64,000 nt of DNA from assembly GCA_965248205.1 (NCBI GenBank), contig CBDFIS010000006.1, positions 6,637,997-6,701,996 on the forward strand. Reading direction: 5' to 3'. The position numbers and the translations under genes are program-made. The notes beneath the pieces are model-generated. The model did not search any database, had not been told where the DNA came from, and saw nothing but the letters and a program-made list of their open reading frames with translations. Source of the stretch: Bryobacterales bacterium. GTDB taxonomy: Bacteria; Acidobacteriota; Terriglobia; Bryobacterales; UBA6623. Within the stretch, counting starts at the first letter, position 1; every line of letters begins with the position of its first letter. Positions 20,027 to 30,843 of the stretch are shown here, one piece after another.

Positions 20027-21502
20027 ATGCCCAGCTTTGACAGGCCTCGAGCCACCAGAGACTTCCTGCCCTCGGAGACGGCAGCGCGAAACCACGTTCA
20101 GGCGCAGTTCGCCGAGGTGGCTGAGCGCTACGGCTTCCAGGCGGTTCAAACCCCGACGTTTGAGAAGGCCGAGCTCTTCTTGGCCCAGTCGGGAACGGAG
20201 ATCAAAAGCTCGCTGTTGACGTTTCATTCCGACCACGAAGAATACGCATTAAGGCCGGAGATGACCGCCCCGGTATGCCGTCTGGTAGGTTCCGGCGCTT
20301 TTGAGGGTTCCGAGCGGCACCAAAAGCTCTACTACATCGCGCCGTGTTTCCGCTACTGCCGGCCACAGCCGGGTCGCTATCGCGAGTTTACTCAGGCGGG
20401 CATCGAGTGTATGGGAGCGGCCGGCCCGGCATTCGATGCGGAGGTGATAGCCGTAGCCTGCCAAATCCTGCGCCGCCTAGGAATCTCGAGCTACACCCTG
20501 AAAATCGGTAACATCGGTGTCTTTCGCGATTTGCTTCCGCCCGAGCTGGATCCCGGTGACCGAGCCACCGTCATCGGTCATTTGGACCGTCTGATCAGTA
20601 TTGACGACAAGTGTCGCTCGCTCTCCAAGACCGATGACGCGGGCCTGCTCGAGGATCTAAACCTCGATCGGATGGAGCTGGCGACATTGCAGCAGCAGGT
20701 CGACTATTCAGGGCCGCGGGCTATTGCGCAACGGCCCCGATTGTCGGTGGGCGAGTATGCCGAGACTCTGCCCCAGGAGGCCGAAGCCACGTTTCGCCGG
20801 GTGTGGAGTGTAGAGAACCTGATCCCAGACGAAACTTCGGACTTCCTGCTACGAGTTTCGCGGTTGAGAGGCTCGTTGGCCGAAGTCCATCAGGAAGCGC
20901 AGGCGATTCTCGAGGGTACACCCGCGGTCACGGCTTTAGACGAGTTGGTCTCGGTCTGTCGCCATTTCGAAACCTACCAGCTAGGCGATTTCGACGTTGT
21001 ACTCGGTATCGCACGCGGGTTCACATTCTATACGAGCACCGTGTTTGAAATTGCTTCCGAGGCCGGCAACGGCGGTCGGAAGTACTGCGGCGGAGGCCGC
21101 TACGACGGGCTTGTCGAAGAGTTCGGCGGGCCGCCGCTGCCCTCGACCGGCTGTGCCTTCTGGTTTGACACCCTGGTGGACGCTTTTCTCGCCGAGAATA
21201 GTTGGTCCGCACCAAGGCCTTACCAGCTTTATCTGTTGGCCGAGCGCGACGAGGTCCTGGCCCGTGTAATCGTTCAGGCGGAATCGCTGCGGACAAGGGG
21301 ACTGCGGGTGGGAGTGGAAGTCGGGCCGCAAACCCCACCTAGCCCTGAAGACTGTAAAGGCCGCCAGACCGACTGGATCGCATTGGTCGGCGCGGATCAG
21401 CTCAACAGGAACACGCTGCGAATCAGCGACGGCTCCCGATTGGAAGAAATCTCCGCCGATCCCGAGTCCGTGGCCATTCGAATCAGCCAGGCCAGCGACT
21501 AA
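20027..21502 (+). CDS. hisZ: HisRS paralog, probable ATP phosphoribosyltransferase regulatory subunit (HisZ-like)
   Basis: LRPEMTAP, RYCRPQPGRYREFTQAG and GGGRYDGL are kept, but RGLxYYTG reads RGFTFYTS and motif 3 GxERL reads WFDTL. Co-oriented with hisG two genes downstream. Confidence 0.7.
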   Translation: MPSFDRPRATRDFLPSETAARNHVQAQFAEVAERYGFQAVQTPTFEKAELFLAQSGTEIKSSLLTFHSDHEEYALRPEMTAPVCRLVGSGAFEGSERHQKLYYIAPCFRYCRPQPGRYREFTQAGIECMGAAGPAFDAEVIAVACQILRRLGISSYTLKIGNIGVFRDLLPPELDPGDRATVIGHLDRLISIDDKCRSLSKTDDAGLLEDLNLDRMELATLQQQVDYSGPRAIAQRPRLSVGEYAETLPQEAEATFRRVWSVENLIPDETSDFLLRVSRLRGSLAEVHQEAQAILEGTPAVTALDELVSVCRHFETYQLGDFDVVLGIARGFTFYTSTVFEIASEAGNGGRKYCGGGRYDGLVEEFGGPPLPSTGCAFWFDTLVDAFLAENSWSAPRPYQLYLLAERDEVLARVIVQAESLRTRGLRVGVEVGPQTPPSPEDCKGRQTDWIALVGADQLNRNTLRISDGSRLEEISADPESVAIRISQASD

Positions 21503-21698
21503 CCCGCTTTTCTCACGACGTGGCGAGGCGAAGTGCGGGAGAAGCCCGTCAGTACAAGGCGCGCGCCGCTCGGCGCCCAAATCCCTAAACAATGCGAGCG
21601 TACTTGAACCCTACGTTGAGCACGGCGAGCAAGCGCAACACAGTAATGGCGGGCTTATTGCGTGCTTCGACCGTCCGGTGGCGAGAAATGCGGGTTAA
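21499..21698 (-). mobile_element. 200-bp MITE-like element, family A
   Basis: Ends CTAACCCGCTTTTCTC / GAGAAATGCGGGTTAA. Near-identical inverted copy at 38175-38374. Confidence 0.85.
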
Positions 21699-21794
21699 TT
21701 CGGCCCTCGAGACGCCAGTCACTCCAGGGTGTTCTTGATACTTCTCGCAGCTGCCTGGGTGTCATCCTAGAATCAGATTTCGGAGTGAACATTC

Positions 21795-23450
21795 TTGCCG
21801 GATAACTGGGCTGTTCTTCTAGACATCTTCGTGCTGCTGAGCGCGGCATTGCTCCTCGGCATGCTGTTCGAGCGGCTCCGCCAGGACGCTGTCGGTGGAT
21901 ATCTGGTCGCGGGCATCTTTCTCGGACCCGGAGTTTCGGGATGGATTAGCAATGTCGAGGATTACCGAATTCTCGCTGAGCTAGGAGTCGCCTTACTGCT
22001 GTTTACCATCGGGCTTGAGTTCTCCTGGAGCCGCCTTCGGGAGCTGGGTTCGGTTGCCCTTGTCGGTGGCACGATACAGATACTCCTGACCGCTGTCATA
22101 GCGGCCGCGGTGAGTATCGCTCTCGGCTTTTCTCCCGCGGAGGCGATCGTCGTCGGGGCAGCGCTCTCTCTCAGCAGCACTGCCGTCGTTCTGCGCGTGC
22201 TCACCAACCGAGCCATGTTGGACAGCCTTCATGGACGGAACTCCCTAGGGATTCTACTGCTACAGGATCTGGCCGTAGTTCCGCTCGTCTTGCTGATTTC
22301 GGCTTTGGGCGAAGGTCTCCGCGGTCGAGCGGCTTTCGGTGGGTTTGCCCTCAGCCTCGCTGCGGCGACTGCGTTGGTAGCCGCGATGTTCCTGCTGACC
22401 AAATACGCGTTTCCTCGCGTCCTGCACATGGCGTCGGCCTACCGCAATCGGGACCTGCCCGTGGTTCTGGCATTTGCGGTCTGCCTGGGAGCCGTTGCGG
22501 CATGCCATGCGTTGGGACTCTCCCCAATCCTGGGGGCTTTTGTGGCGGGAATGCTGTTGTCCGAGTCTCCTTTCTCACAGCAGATACGGGCCGACATCAT
22601 CCCACTGCGCGCTGGATTTCTGACTCTGTTCTTCGCCTCGTTCGGAATGTTGACCATCGTACCGGCATACCGGGATCTACTGATGATTGCGCCTCTCGCG
22701 TTGGCCATCATGTGCGGTAAGGCGATGATCGTGGGCTTTGTCATTCGACTTTTCCGACAACCTCGTGGCATGGCTGTGACCACCGGGCTAACTCTAGCTC
22801 AAATAGGGGAGTTCTCTTTCGTCCTGTTGGAACTAGGCTATCTCCACGGCCTGGTGGCCCCAGCAACGTTTCAAGCGCTTTTATGCGCCTGCGTACTTAC
22901 CCTGATCCTAACGCCCAACGTGATCGCTGGAGCTCCCAGGCTCGGCGAATTCATCACGCGCGTTCTGTCTCCCCGGGGCGAGGCGCGATCCGTAGAACCC
23001 CATCCAGGCCGGGAAACCGAGCACGCTCCCGGCCCTGTTATCATCGTCGGCTTCGGACCGGCGGGCCAACGTGTAGCCGAGATACTGCGAGAGGCGATGA
23101 AGCATTTTGTAGTAGTCGATCTCAACCCTCGCAGCGTAGCCGCTCAGAGGTCCAGCCTCCCCATTGAGTTCGGGGATGCTACTCGCCCCGAAATCCTCAA
23201 CCACTTGGGCATACAAGACTCGCGGGCCGTCGTGGTCACTGTCCCTGACCCACAAACATCGGAACTCATCGTTCGTCAGGCGAAGAGGATGGCTCCGCAG
23301 GTTCCGGTTATCGCCCGCTGCCGCTATCACGCACACGCACCGGGCCTGCTGCGTGCGGGTGTTGATCGCCTGGTCGATGAAGAAGACCTCATGGGTCGGC
23401 GGCTGGGTGCCGAAATCGTCGACCTGCTCCACGGCGTGAACACTGCGTAG
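21795..23450 (+). CDS. CPA2 family cation:proton antiporter (Kef-type) with TrkA-N domain
   Basis: LAELGVALLLFTIGLEFS, LLLQDLAVVP, LAQIGEFSFV and C-terminal IIVGFGPAG...GDAT motifs. Confidence 0.93.
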   Translation: MPDNWAVLLDIFVLLSAALLLGMLFERLRQDAVGGYLVAGIFLGPGVSGWISNVEDYRILAELGVALLLFTIGLEFSWSRLRELGSVALVGGTIQILLTAVIAAAVSIALGFSPAEAIVVGAALSLSSTAVVLRVLTNRAMLDSLHGRNSLGILLLQDLAVVPLVLLISALGEGLRGRAAFGGFALSLAAATALVAAMFLLTKYAFPRVLHMASAYRNRDLPVVLAFAVCLGAVAACHALGLSPILGAFVAGMLLSESPFSQQIRADIIPLRAGFLTLFFASFGMLTIVPAYRDLLMIAPLALAIMCGKAMIVGFVIRLFRQPRGMAVTTGLTLAQIGEFSFVLLELGYLHGLVAPATFQALLCACVLTLILTPNVIAGAPRLGEFITRVLSPRGEARSVEPHPGRETEHAPGPVIIVGFGPAGQRVAEILREAMKHFVVVDLNPRSVAAQRSSLPIEFGDATRPEILNHLGIQDSRAVVVTVPDPQTSELIVRQAKRMAPQVPVIARCRYHAHAPGLLRAGVDRLVDEEDLMGRRLGAEIVDLLHGVNTA

Positions 23451-23706
23451 TCAGCTCCCGTGACTGCTCTCTCGGAGGCGGACAAGCGAAACCCAAAGCC
23501 CGGCTATAATAGTTGCAACGTTCCTACTGACTCTCGCGAATATGCTGACATGGCCTGTTCAGCTCATAGGGGTACGGCACGCCGTGCCCGGCCTCCGCGA
23601 GCCTCAGTAAGTTCCTGATTACACTTAACTCCTCACAACGCCATCCTGACCGTTCGATTACAAGTAGTCCTGGGCGGCCTTTTTGGCCGGTGCCCGGCAA
23701 GTAGCG

Positions 23707-24480
23707 ATGAGCCAAGTGAAGCTAGCAATCCCGAAGGGTAGCCTGGAGAAAGCCGTCGCCGCGTTCTTCAAAGAAGCTGGCATTGAACCCCGAGGCTATG
23801 CCGATGGCACGCGCAGCTATCGGCCCGAACTCGATCTTCCGGCTAGCGTCAAGGTTCTTCGTCCACAGGAAATCCCCTACATGATTGCCGCCGGGTTTTA
23901 TGATCTGGGGATTTCGGGCCTTGACTGGTATGTGGAAAGCGAGTGTGCTCCCAATGTGGCCGACCTGCTGGACTTGGGCCTGGGCAGAGTCGACATCGTG
24001 CTGGCTGTGCCGGAAGCCTGGGACGACGTCAACTCGGCGGAGGACCTGTTTCAAAAATTCGTGAACTCAACGGGCACACATCCTCTGCGAATTTGGACAG
24101 AGTACCTTAACCTCACCGAAGCGCTTGTCCGCAAACACGCCGACCTCGAGCCGTCACTCTACAGCCCATATTCGCGCCTGCACGTCGAGCGACGAAGCTC
24201 GTCTCCGGTAGCGATCTTCCATTCCTTTGGAGCGACCGAGTCGAAACCACCCGAAGACGGTGACGCCATCATTGATAACACCGAGACCGGACGCACTCTG
24301 CTCGCGAATGGCTTGAAAATCATCGACAAGATTCTGCCCAACTCGACCGCCCGGCTGCTCGTCAACCGCCGATCTCTACGGAATCGCGAAAAGCAGCGAG
24401 CCATTCAGGATGTCAAAGACGTGTTGATGGCGGCCGCGCCCGTGAAGCGTCAGTCCGAGCCGGTGTTCGGGCATATCTAG
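23707..24480 (+). CDS. hisG: ATP phosphoribosyltransferase (no C-terminal regulatory domain)
   Basis: LAIPKGSL, RPQEIP, DLGISGLDW and GATESKPP...DAIIDNTETGRTLLANGL motifs. Confidence 0.9.
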   Translation: MSQVKLAIPKGSLEKAVAAFFKEAGIEPRGYADGTRSYRPELDLPASVKVLRPQEIPYMIAAGFYDLGISGLDWYVESECAPNVADLLDLGLGRVDIVLAVPEAWDDVNSAEDLFQKFVNSTGTHPLRIWTEYLNLTEALVRKHADLEPSLYSPYSRLHVERRSSSPVAIFHSFGATESKPPEDGDAIIDNTETGRTLLANGLKIIDKILPNSTARLLVNRRSLRNREKQRAIQDVKDVLMAAAPVKRQSEPVFGHI

Positions 24481-25637
24481 TCTCCTGTCCGGGCTAACTC
24501 TTTACAATAGCTTCTTTGCAGCGGCGCACCTTGTCGAGAATGACATCCGCAGTGGCTTTCCAAACAAACGGTTGGGGGTCGTGGTTCCAGATGGCCAGCC
24601 ACTGATAGATCGCTCGCTCCAGTTCTGCCACACAATGGAAGGTTCCTCGGCGGATCATGCGGTCGGTGAGGAGCCCGAAGAGACGTTCGACTTGGTTGAG
24701 CCAGGAACTGCTGGTGGGCGTGAAGTGAAAGTGGAAGCGGCGCCGCTTTTTGGGTTGCAACCAGCGCTGGACGGCCGCGCTTTTATGGCTGGAGTAGTTG
24801 TCCATGATGAGGTGAACTTCTTGATCCAGCGGCACCTCTCTTTCCACTTGGTTGAGAAACCTGACGAACTCCTTGGCGCGATGCCGAGGCAGACAACTGC
24901 TAATCACTTTCCCGTTCAGGATGTTGAAAGCAGCGAACAAGGTGGTGGTTCCGTGGCGCTTATAATCGTGCGTTTGTCGCTGTGGCAAGCCGGGCCGTAA
25001 CGGCAGAATCGGAGCCGTTCGGTCCAGGGCTTGGATTTGGCTCTTCTCATCCACGCACAGCACCAAAGCCCGGTCGGGCGGATGCAGATACAAGCCCACG
25101 ATGTCCCGCACCTTCTCTTCGAACTGCGGGTCCTGGGAGAGTTTGAATTTCTCTACCCGATGGGGCTGCACCTCGTAACGTTGCCAAACCCCATGCACGA
25201 GCGTGCGGCTCACACCGAGATGCCGGGCCAGGGTGCGCACACTCCAGTGGGTCGCATCCGGCGGCCTGGTCTTCAAGGTCGTATCGAGAATCTTCTGCTC
25301 CAACTCGGGCGTCAACACACGTCGCGAGCGCTGGCGTTTTTGCCGCCGCCGGATCGCCTCCACCCCGCCCCGCGCGAAGGCGGCTCGCGTCGCGATCACG
25401 GTCGGACGCGACAAGCCGATCTGCTGCGCAATGGCGTGGTTGGGCACTCCCTCGCCAGCCAGCAAGATCAGCTGGCATTTCCGCGCCAACATCTGCGGCG
25501 TGCTTCCGGCACGGGCCATCGATTCCAGTACCTGTTTCTGCGCCGGATTGATGGCAAGCGGAGTCGCTGGGGTGAACATGCCCCATTACATCATGATCCC
25601 GCTATATTGTCAATAGTTATAACGGACAGGACACTAG
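24477..25637 (-). mobile_element. IS630-family insertion sequence
   Basis: Inverted ends CTAGTCTCCTGTCCG / CGGACAGGACACTAG (1 mismatch) enclose an intact transposase. Confidence 0.93.
24494..25579 (-). CDS. IS630 family transposase
   Basis: HTH region THWSVRTLA; DDE motifs CVDEKSQIQ, YKRHGT, MDNYSSHK and SSWLNQVE. Confidence 0.96.
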   Translation of the reverse strand: MFTPATPLAINPAQKQVLESMARAGSTPQMLARKCQLILLAGEGVPNHAIAQQIGLSRPTVIATRAAFARGGVEAIRRRQKRQRSRRVLTPELEQKILDTTLKTRPPDATHWSVRTLARHLGVSRTLVHGVWQRYEVQPHRVEKFKLSQDPQFEEKVRDIVGLYLHPPDRALVLCVDEKSQIQALDRTAPILPLRPGLPQRQTHDYKRHGTTTLFAAFNILNGKVISSCLPRHRAKEFVRFLNQVEREVPLDQEVHLIMDNYSSHKSAAVQRWLQPKKRRRFHFHFTPTSSSWLNQVERLFGLLTDRMIRRGTFHCVAELERAIYQWLAIWNHDPQPFVWKATADVILDKVRRCKEAIVKS

Positions 25638-25699
25638 TTGGGACGATACGTGCGCAGGGATCTCTCGATAAGCCGGCTGCAATTTAGTGGTGGAGAAGT

Positions 25700-28600
25700 C
25701 TCGGCGTGACAAAATGCGCGATCACGTTGTCGGAGACTTGCGGCCGTTGACTCGGGGTCGTCGTAAGGCTGCGCGAGAGCAAGAAACAGAGCCTGGAACG
25801 CAAGTGACAGGCCAAGTCCCGTAGCGAGGATCTAGGCGGGTGCGATCTCGCTTCCCTCCGCCGCTGTCGCTGCGCCGCCCGCCAGATCCGCGGCCTTTCG
25901 CTTTTGTGGCGCACACTCTCAGTGTGCCGCGTCGAGACTCTTCTCGACGCTTGGGGCCGTTCGGCTCCCAACCGCTGATACTCTCTTACGCCGCTCAGTC
26001 CCGGCAGTCCCGTCGCGCACGGCTCGGCGGTCGTCTTGTCGACACTTGCGACCGTTGGCTATACGTGAACGCGACCAGGCAATTATCGGCCGATCCCGGT
26101 AGGGACAAACAATCCTGTTTGTCCTAAGCTGTGATGGAAACACCGATCTTTTCCGCATTGCACGGTTCGTCACATACGGCCGCGACACTGTCGCGCCCTG
26201 AGGGTGATCGGCCGTGCCAACGGCCGATCCCGCTCTCTCGTCCTTCGCCACCATGCCGCTACCATCTCGCTAGACGGCGTTTTCTCTCCGCTAGGACACG
26301 ATTTTGGTACGGAAAATCCGGCCTCGAGGACCCTTCTGACTACTCCCGCAAAACGCCGTCACAGAGTTTTCACTTTTTTTCTCCTCGCCGCCTCAACGAC
26401 TTAGGCCCCTGGGGCTCTTCTAACCCACAATCCGTCCCGTATTCTGGTACGGGGCCCAGAAACCGAAATCTCAGAGGAATGACCCTGGTATTTCCGCCAC
26501 TTTCTGCCACCGCCATTTCTCTCGGCGGTTGGGAACGTTGCTATGTCTCACAATTCAGAAGACTTAACCATCAAGCAGAACGCTCTCATCGGCACCCCAC
26601 CCGACTGCCAACCCACCGCCAGGTGACGAAAATCGCCCGCTAGCCCACTCCTAGGTTTTTTGCTCGCGAGACGACTTTTTCTGGCGAAATAGTGGCTCAA
26701 ATTGGTCTCGCAGGCATCGTGATTTCTGGCCAGACGGGTAGCGCGCTGTGGGCTGTCACTTGGCCCGCGCGTGCGGCTGTTTTCAGCCGCTTGGACGGGG
26801 TAAGAATCGCAAAGGGAGTGCCGGCGTCGAGCACCGGAAAGAGCCGTGCCCGTCAGGGCACGGGCCCGCCTGATGGGCATGAGTTCCGGCTCGAAGCCAA
26901 CCGTTCACCGCCTGCGGAAAGTACTTGACCTGCCCGCCATTGTCAGTGGAGATCTTGAAGACCAGCACATCCGCAGCAGAGGCAAAAATACGAAACAAAC
27001 CCAATTCCTAGCAAGCCAATTGCAATCAATGGGTTACGGTTTGTTCTGAGCGCCGCGGGTAAGATTAGCGAAGGGGGACATGCTGATTCATGACCAGAGT
27101 CAACAGGGAAGCGGCCATCGCCCAAGACACTTGGACCCACGTGCTCTTCTCGACGAGCGGGGACCGCGCACAACTCATCTATCTTCGCCTAGGATCCTTG
27201 CCCCAGCGAGGACCCCTTGGCCGTTGGCGCTCGACCGATCCCGGTAGGGATGAACACTCCTGTTTGTCCCAGCCGCCGCCAGGCGGCTCTCACGACGTTT
27301 GAGCCGCGGAGCGGCGCCGGAACGGCGGAACCCTAGGCTAGGAATTGAACAGAGTCGAGCCCTGAAAGGGCGGAAGGAACGATGGGGGAAACCGGGACCG
27401 AAACCGGGACCGAAACCGGACCGAAACCGGACCGAAACCGGACCGGGAAACCGAAACCGGGAAACCGGGACAGCCTCGGACCGAAACCGGGGCGGAAACC
27501 GGGACAGCCTCAGTTAACACCTTGGGGCGGAAACCGGGAAACCGGGCGGAAACCGGGGCGGAAACCGAGACAGCCTCAGTTAACACCATGGGCAGCGGGC
27601 ATCTTTCCGGGCCTGCACTACACAACGGCTGGCAACATTCCATTAACGCTGGCCCGGCTGGTCGCATCCTGGTCCGCTCCTTTGGGCGCTCGACCGCCCC
27701 TGACGGTCGAGCGGGGCCTGGGGTGGGGCAAAAAATCGGCCGTGCCAACGGCCGATCCGACTCGCCGCCCGCACTCGCACGACCTCTCCCCCAAAACGCC
27801 GTCACCGCAGTCTGAAATTTCTAACTCGCGCGCCATCAGTGAAATCGTCCTGCCTTGACCATCTACGCTCCCCGTGCGATGTTACTCTGGGCCCGTAAGA
27901 GCGCCGGCCTTCAGGGAGCGACAGACCGGCGCACCCCCGGCCGGGATGTAAGTCCTCCCCATGGCCTCCGTCGGTGAGCCGATCACCCGACCGCGTTACA
28001 CAGAACAACGGGATCGATCCCAAACCGTTTGGCGGCTCCGCGCGATACCAAAGGAGCCGCACCTCATCAAGCCGCGCCCGGGGCGCCCTTAGCAACCCGC
28101 GGTAGAAGCTAGCATCGGCAAAAAATAGGACAACAAGACTTAACCGGAAACAACACAATGGCAGTGCCGCCCCGGATACCGCCGAAAACCCCCTCCAAAT
28201 GGCCGCCAAACCTCTGGTAGAGGCAGGAAAAACCGCGTTTTCCGCTCGCTAGACGTCGTTTCTGGCACGCTAAATGGCACGGCTTGTGCCCTTCGCAGCC
28301 ATCGCCGAGGTCCGGCGGAAGTTCCGATGAGGGAGAATTGCCAAACAAAGCCAATCCACACATAAGTCGAGATAGTCTCATAGTGCATGGGCGCGGCCGT
28401 CGTTTGCTGAGACTTGCGGCCTTGGCTCGGGTCGCCGCAAGGGTGCGCGAGAGCAAGAAACAGAGCCTGAAAGGCCAAGACGAATAGCACACTACCGGGC
28501 TGTTGTCTGGGCCAAGGCCTGGGGCCGTTTCTCCCACACGGGGATCGCTTTCCCGTGCGGTTGGCGATCGGTCGCTGGGGGCGACCGATCGGAGATTGGG

Positions 28601-28850
28601 GTGGCGCAGTGAGGGCCGTCGGGGCCGGCCCTCACCAATCGAAATGACGAAACAAACCCAATCTCGCCTAACTACTTTGGAATCTATCGCGTGCTCCCCC
28701 GTCTGCTCGTGGGAAACGCCGGCTAGAAAGGACAGACAACCTTGCCAATGCCCTGACACTTTGCCGAGTCCGCGGGAGGAGATCGCCGCAAGGCGATCCG
28801 CTCGGAACCGACACGCCAAGCTGCGCCCGTCGAAGGCCGTGGTGTATAGT
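25700..28850. repeat. Gene-poor mosaic of dispersed repeats
   Basis: Paired units GGCCGTGCCAACGGCCGATCC (~26210, ~27738), CCGATCCCGGTAGGGA..CCTGTTTGTCC (~26090, ~27235), ACGAAACAAACCCAAT (~26990, ~28647) and GCGCGAGAGCAAGAAACAGAGCCTG (25771, ~28445). No credible ORF. Confidence 0.7.
27385..27590. repeat. Imperfect tandem array of GAAACCGG(G) units
   Basis: More than a dozen GAAACCG units, with ACAGCCTCAGTTAACACC occurring twice. Confidence 0.9.
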
Positions 28851-28914
28851 GATTTGGTTCACGACCGAGCCGTCACGCCTCCTTTGCGAGGCGTTGCCGC
28901 GGGGAGAACCATCT

Positions 28915-30843
28915 ATGGCATCTGACACTCTCTACCAACCGCCCAAGGAGTTTGCGAAGCGAGCGTCTGTTGCAAGCATGGATCAGTATCGCGAGATCTA
29001 TCGCCAGGCTACCGAGGACCCGGAAGGTTTTTGGGGACAGTTCGCGGAGAAGGAACTCCACTGGTTCGAAAAGTGGTCCCGGGTGTTGGAGTGGGATGTG
29101 CCTTTTGCCAAGTGGTTCGTCGGCGGCAAGACGAATATGAGCTACAACTGCCTGGACCGTCACTTGCTGACCTGGCGGAAGAACAAAGCGGCGATCATTT
29201 GGGAAGGTGAGCCGGGCGACGAACGGGTGCTTACGTATCAAGAGCTGCACCGCCGCGTGGCGCGGTTTGCCAACGTGCTGAAGCAATTGGGCCTCAAGAC
29301 AGGCGACCGCTCCATCATCTATATGCCGATGGTTCCTGAGCTGCCCATTGCGATGCTGGCTTGCGCACGGCTTGGCATTACGCATAGTGTCGTTTTCGGG
29401 GGGTTCTCGGCGGAGGCGCTGAAGACGCGCATCCTTGACCTCGACGCAAGAGTCGTCATCACGGCCGACGGTGGTTGGCGGCGCGGCAAAGAGGTTCGGC
29501 TCAAAGACACGGCGGACGAGGCTTTGCAAGACTGTCCGGATGTCAAACACTGCATCGTCTATCAGCGAACAAACAGCGATGTTCGGATGAAGGCGGGCCG
29601 AGATCACTATTGGGCTGAGCTGGAGCAAAACGCGGGTGAGGAGTGCCCGGCTGAGGTGCTCGACGCGGAGCATCCGCTCTACGTCCTTTACACTTCGGGC
29701 ACCACGGGCAAGCCCAAGGGCATCGTCCATACGACGGGAGGCTACCAGGCGCAGGTCAGCGCGACCATGCGTTGGGTCTTCGACATCAAGGATGAAGATA
29801 CCTACTGGTGCGCCGCTGACATCGGCTGGGTCACCGGACACAGCTATATCGTCTATGGACCTCTGATGGTTGGTACGACCACGGTGATTTATGAAGGCGC
29901 GCCCGACTTTCCCGAGCCGGACCGTTTCTGGCGCGTCATTGAAAAGTACAAGGTCAATATCTTTTACACGTCTCCGACTGCTATCCGGGCGTTTGTCAGG
30001 CAAGGGGAACAATGGCCGGAGCGCCACGACCTGTCGAGCCTGCGGCTGCTGGGAACCGTTGGGGAGCCCATTAACCCCTCGGCGTGGGAGTGGTATCACA
30101 AGACGATCGGCCACGAGCGCTGCCCGATCGTGGACACTTGGTGGCAAACGGAAACCGGGTCGATCATGCTCTCTCCGCTGCCGGGAGCCACGCCGACCAA
30201 GCCTGGGTCGGCGACTTTCCCGATGCCCGGCATTGTGGCCGATGTCGTCGACATGGAAGGCAACTCGGTCGAGGCAGGCGAGGGCTACTTGGTCGTCCGC
30301 CGGCCGTGGCCGTCGATGATTCGGACATTGTGGGGCGACCCGGAGCGTTACAAGGAACAGTATTGGTCACAGATTCCGGGGATTTACTTTACCGGCGACG
30401 CCGCTCGGCGAGACGAGGGCGGCTACACCTGGGTCCTCGGTCGAGTTGACGATGTGATGAACGTAAGTGGACACCGGCTCAGCACGGCGGAGCTCGAATC
30501 GGCGCTCGTGAAGCATGAAACCGTTGCCGAGGCAGCCGTGATCGGCAAACCGGATGAGTTGACCGGTCAAGCCGTCGTCGCGTTCGTGACCCTCAAGCAA
30601 GGTGTCGACGCCAACGATGAGTTAAGTGAGACTCTGCGCGGTTGGGTGTCGCAGGAAATCGGCAAGTTCGCGCGTCCCCAGCAGATCCGCTTCACCGAAG
30701 CCCTCCCCAAAACCCGCAGCGGCAAGATCATGCGCCGCCTGCTACGCGAAATCGTCACCACCGACAAGGTGTCGGGCGACATCACGACCTTGGAAGATCT
30801 GTCGGTAATCAACCGACTGGCGGGGGCCCAGGAGGAAGAGTAG
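28915..30843 (+). CDS. acs: Acetate--CoA ligase (acetyl-CoA synthetase)
   Basis: [31 protein letters not shown] and [11 protein letters not shown] motifs. Confidence 0.97.
   Translation: MASDTLYQPPKEFAKRASVASMDQYREIYRQATEDPEGFWGQFAEKELHWFEKWSRVLEWDVPFAKWFVGGKTNMSYNCLDRHLLTWRKNKAAIIWEGEPGDERVLTYQELHRRVARFANVLKQLGLKTGDRSIIYMPMVPELPIAMLACARLGITHSVVFGGFSAEALKTRILDLDARVVITADGGWRRGKEVRLKDTADEALQDCPDVKHCIVYQRTNSDVRMKAGRDHYWAELEQNAGEECPAEVLDAEHPLYVLYTSGTTGKPKGIVHTTGGYQAQVSATMRWVFDIKDEDTYWCAADIGWVTGHSYIVYGPLMVGTTTVIYEGAPDFPEPDRFWRVIEKYKVNIFYTSPTAIRAFVRQGEQWPERHDLSSLRLLGTVGEPINPSAWEWYHKTIGHERCPIVDTWWQTETGSIMLSPLPGATPTKPGSATFPMPGIVADVVDMEGNSVEAGEGYLVVRRPWPSMIRTLWGDPERYKEQYWSQIPGIYFTGDAARRDEGGYTWVLGRVDDVMNVSGHRLSTAELESALVKHETVAEAAVIGKPDELTGQAVVAFVTLKQGVDANDELSETLRGWVSQEIGKFARPQQIRFTEALPKTRSGKIMRRLLREIVTTDKVSGDITTLEDLSVINRLAGAQEEE

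Noticed and set aside
24471-24494. IS630 truncating hisG
   Set aside because: The reconstructed empty site still has TAG at the same codon.
27385-27590. Possible CRISPR array
   Set aside because: Units are 8-12 bp and irregular, with no unique spacers and no cas genes.
27338-27858. ORFs across the tandem array (GETGTETG..., PKPGPKP...)
   Set aside because: Low-complexity translations of the repeat in several frames; no RBS or family support.
28873-30147. Long antisense ORFs (also 38621-39880, 46656-47564, 47440-48522)
   Set aside because: Shadow ORFs opposite well-supported GC-rich genes.
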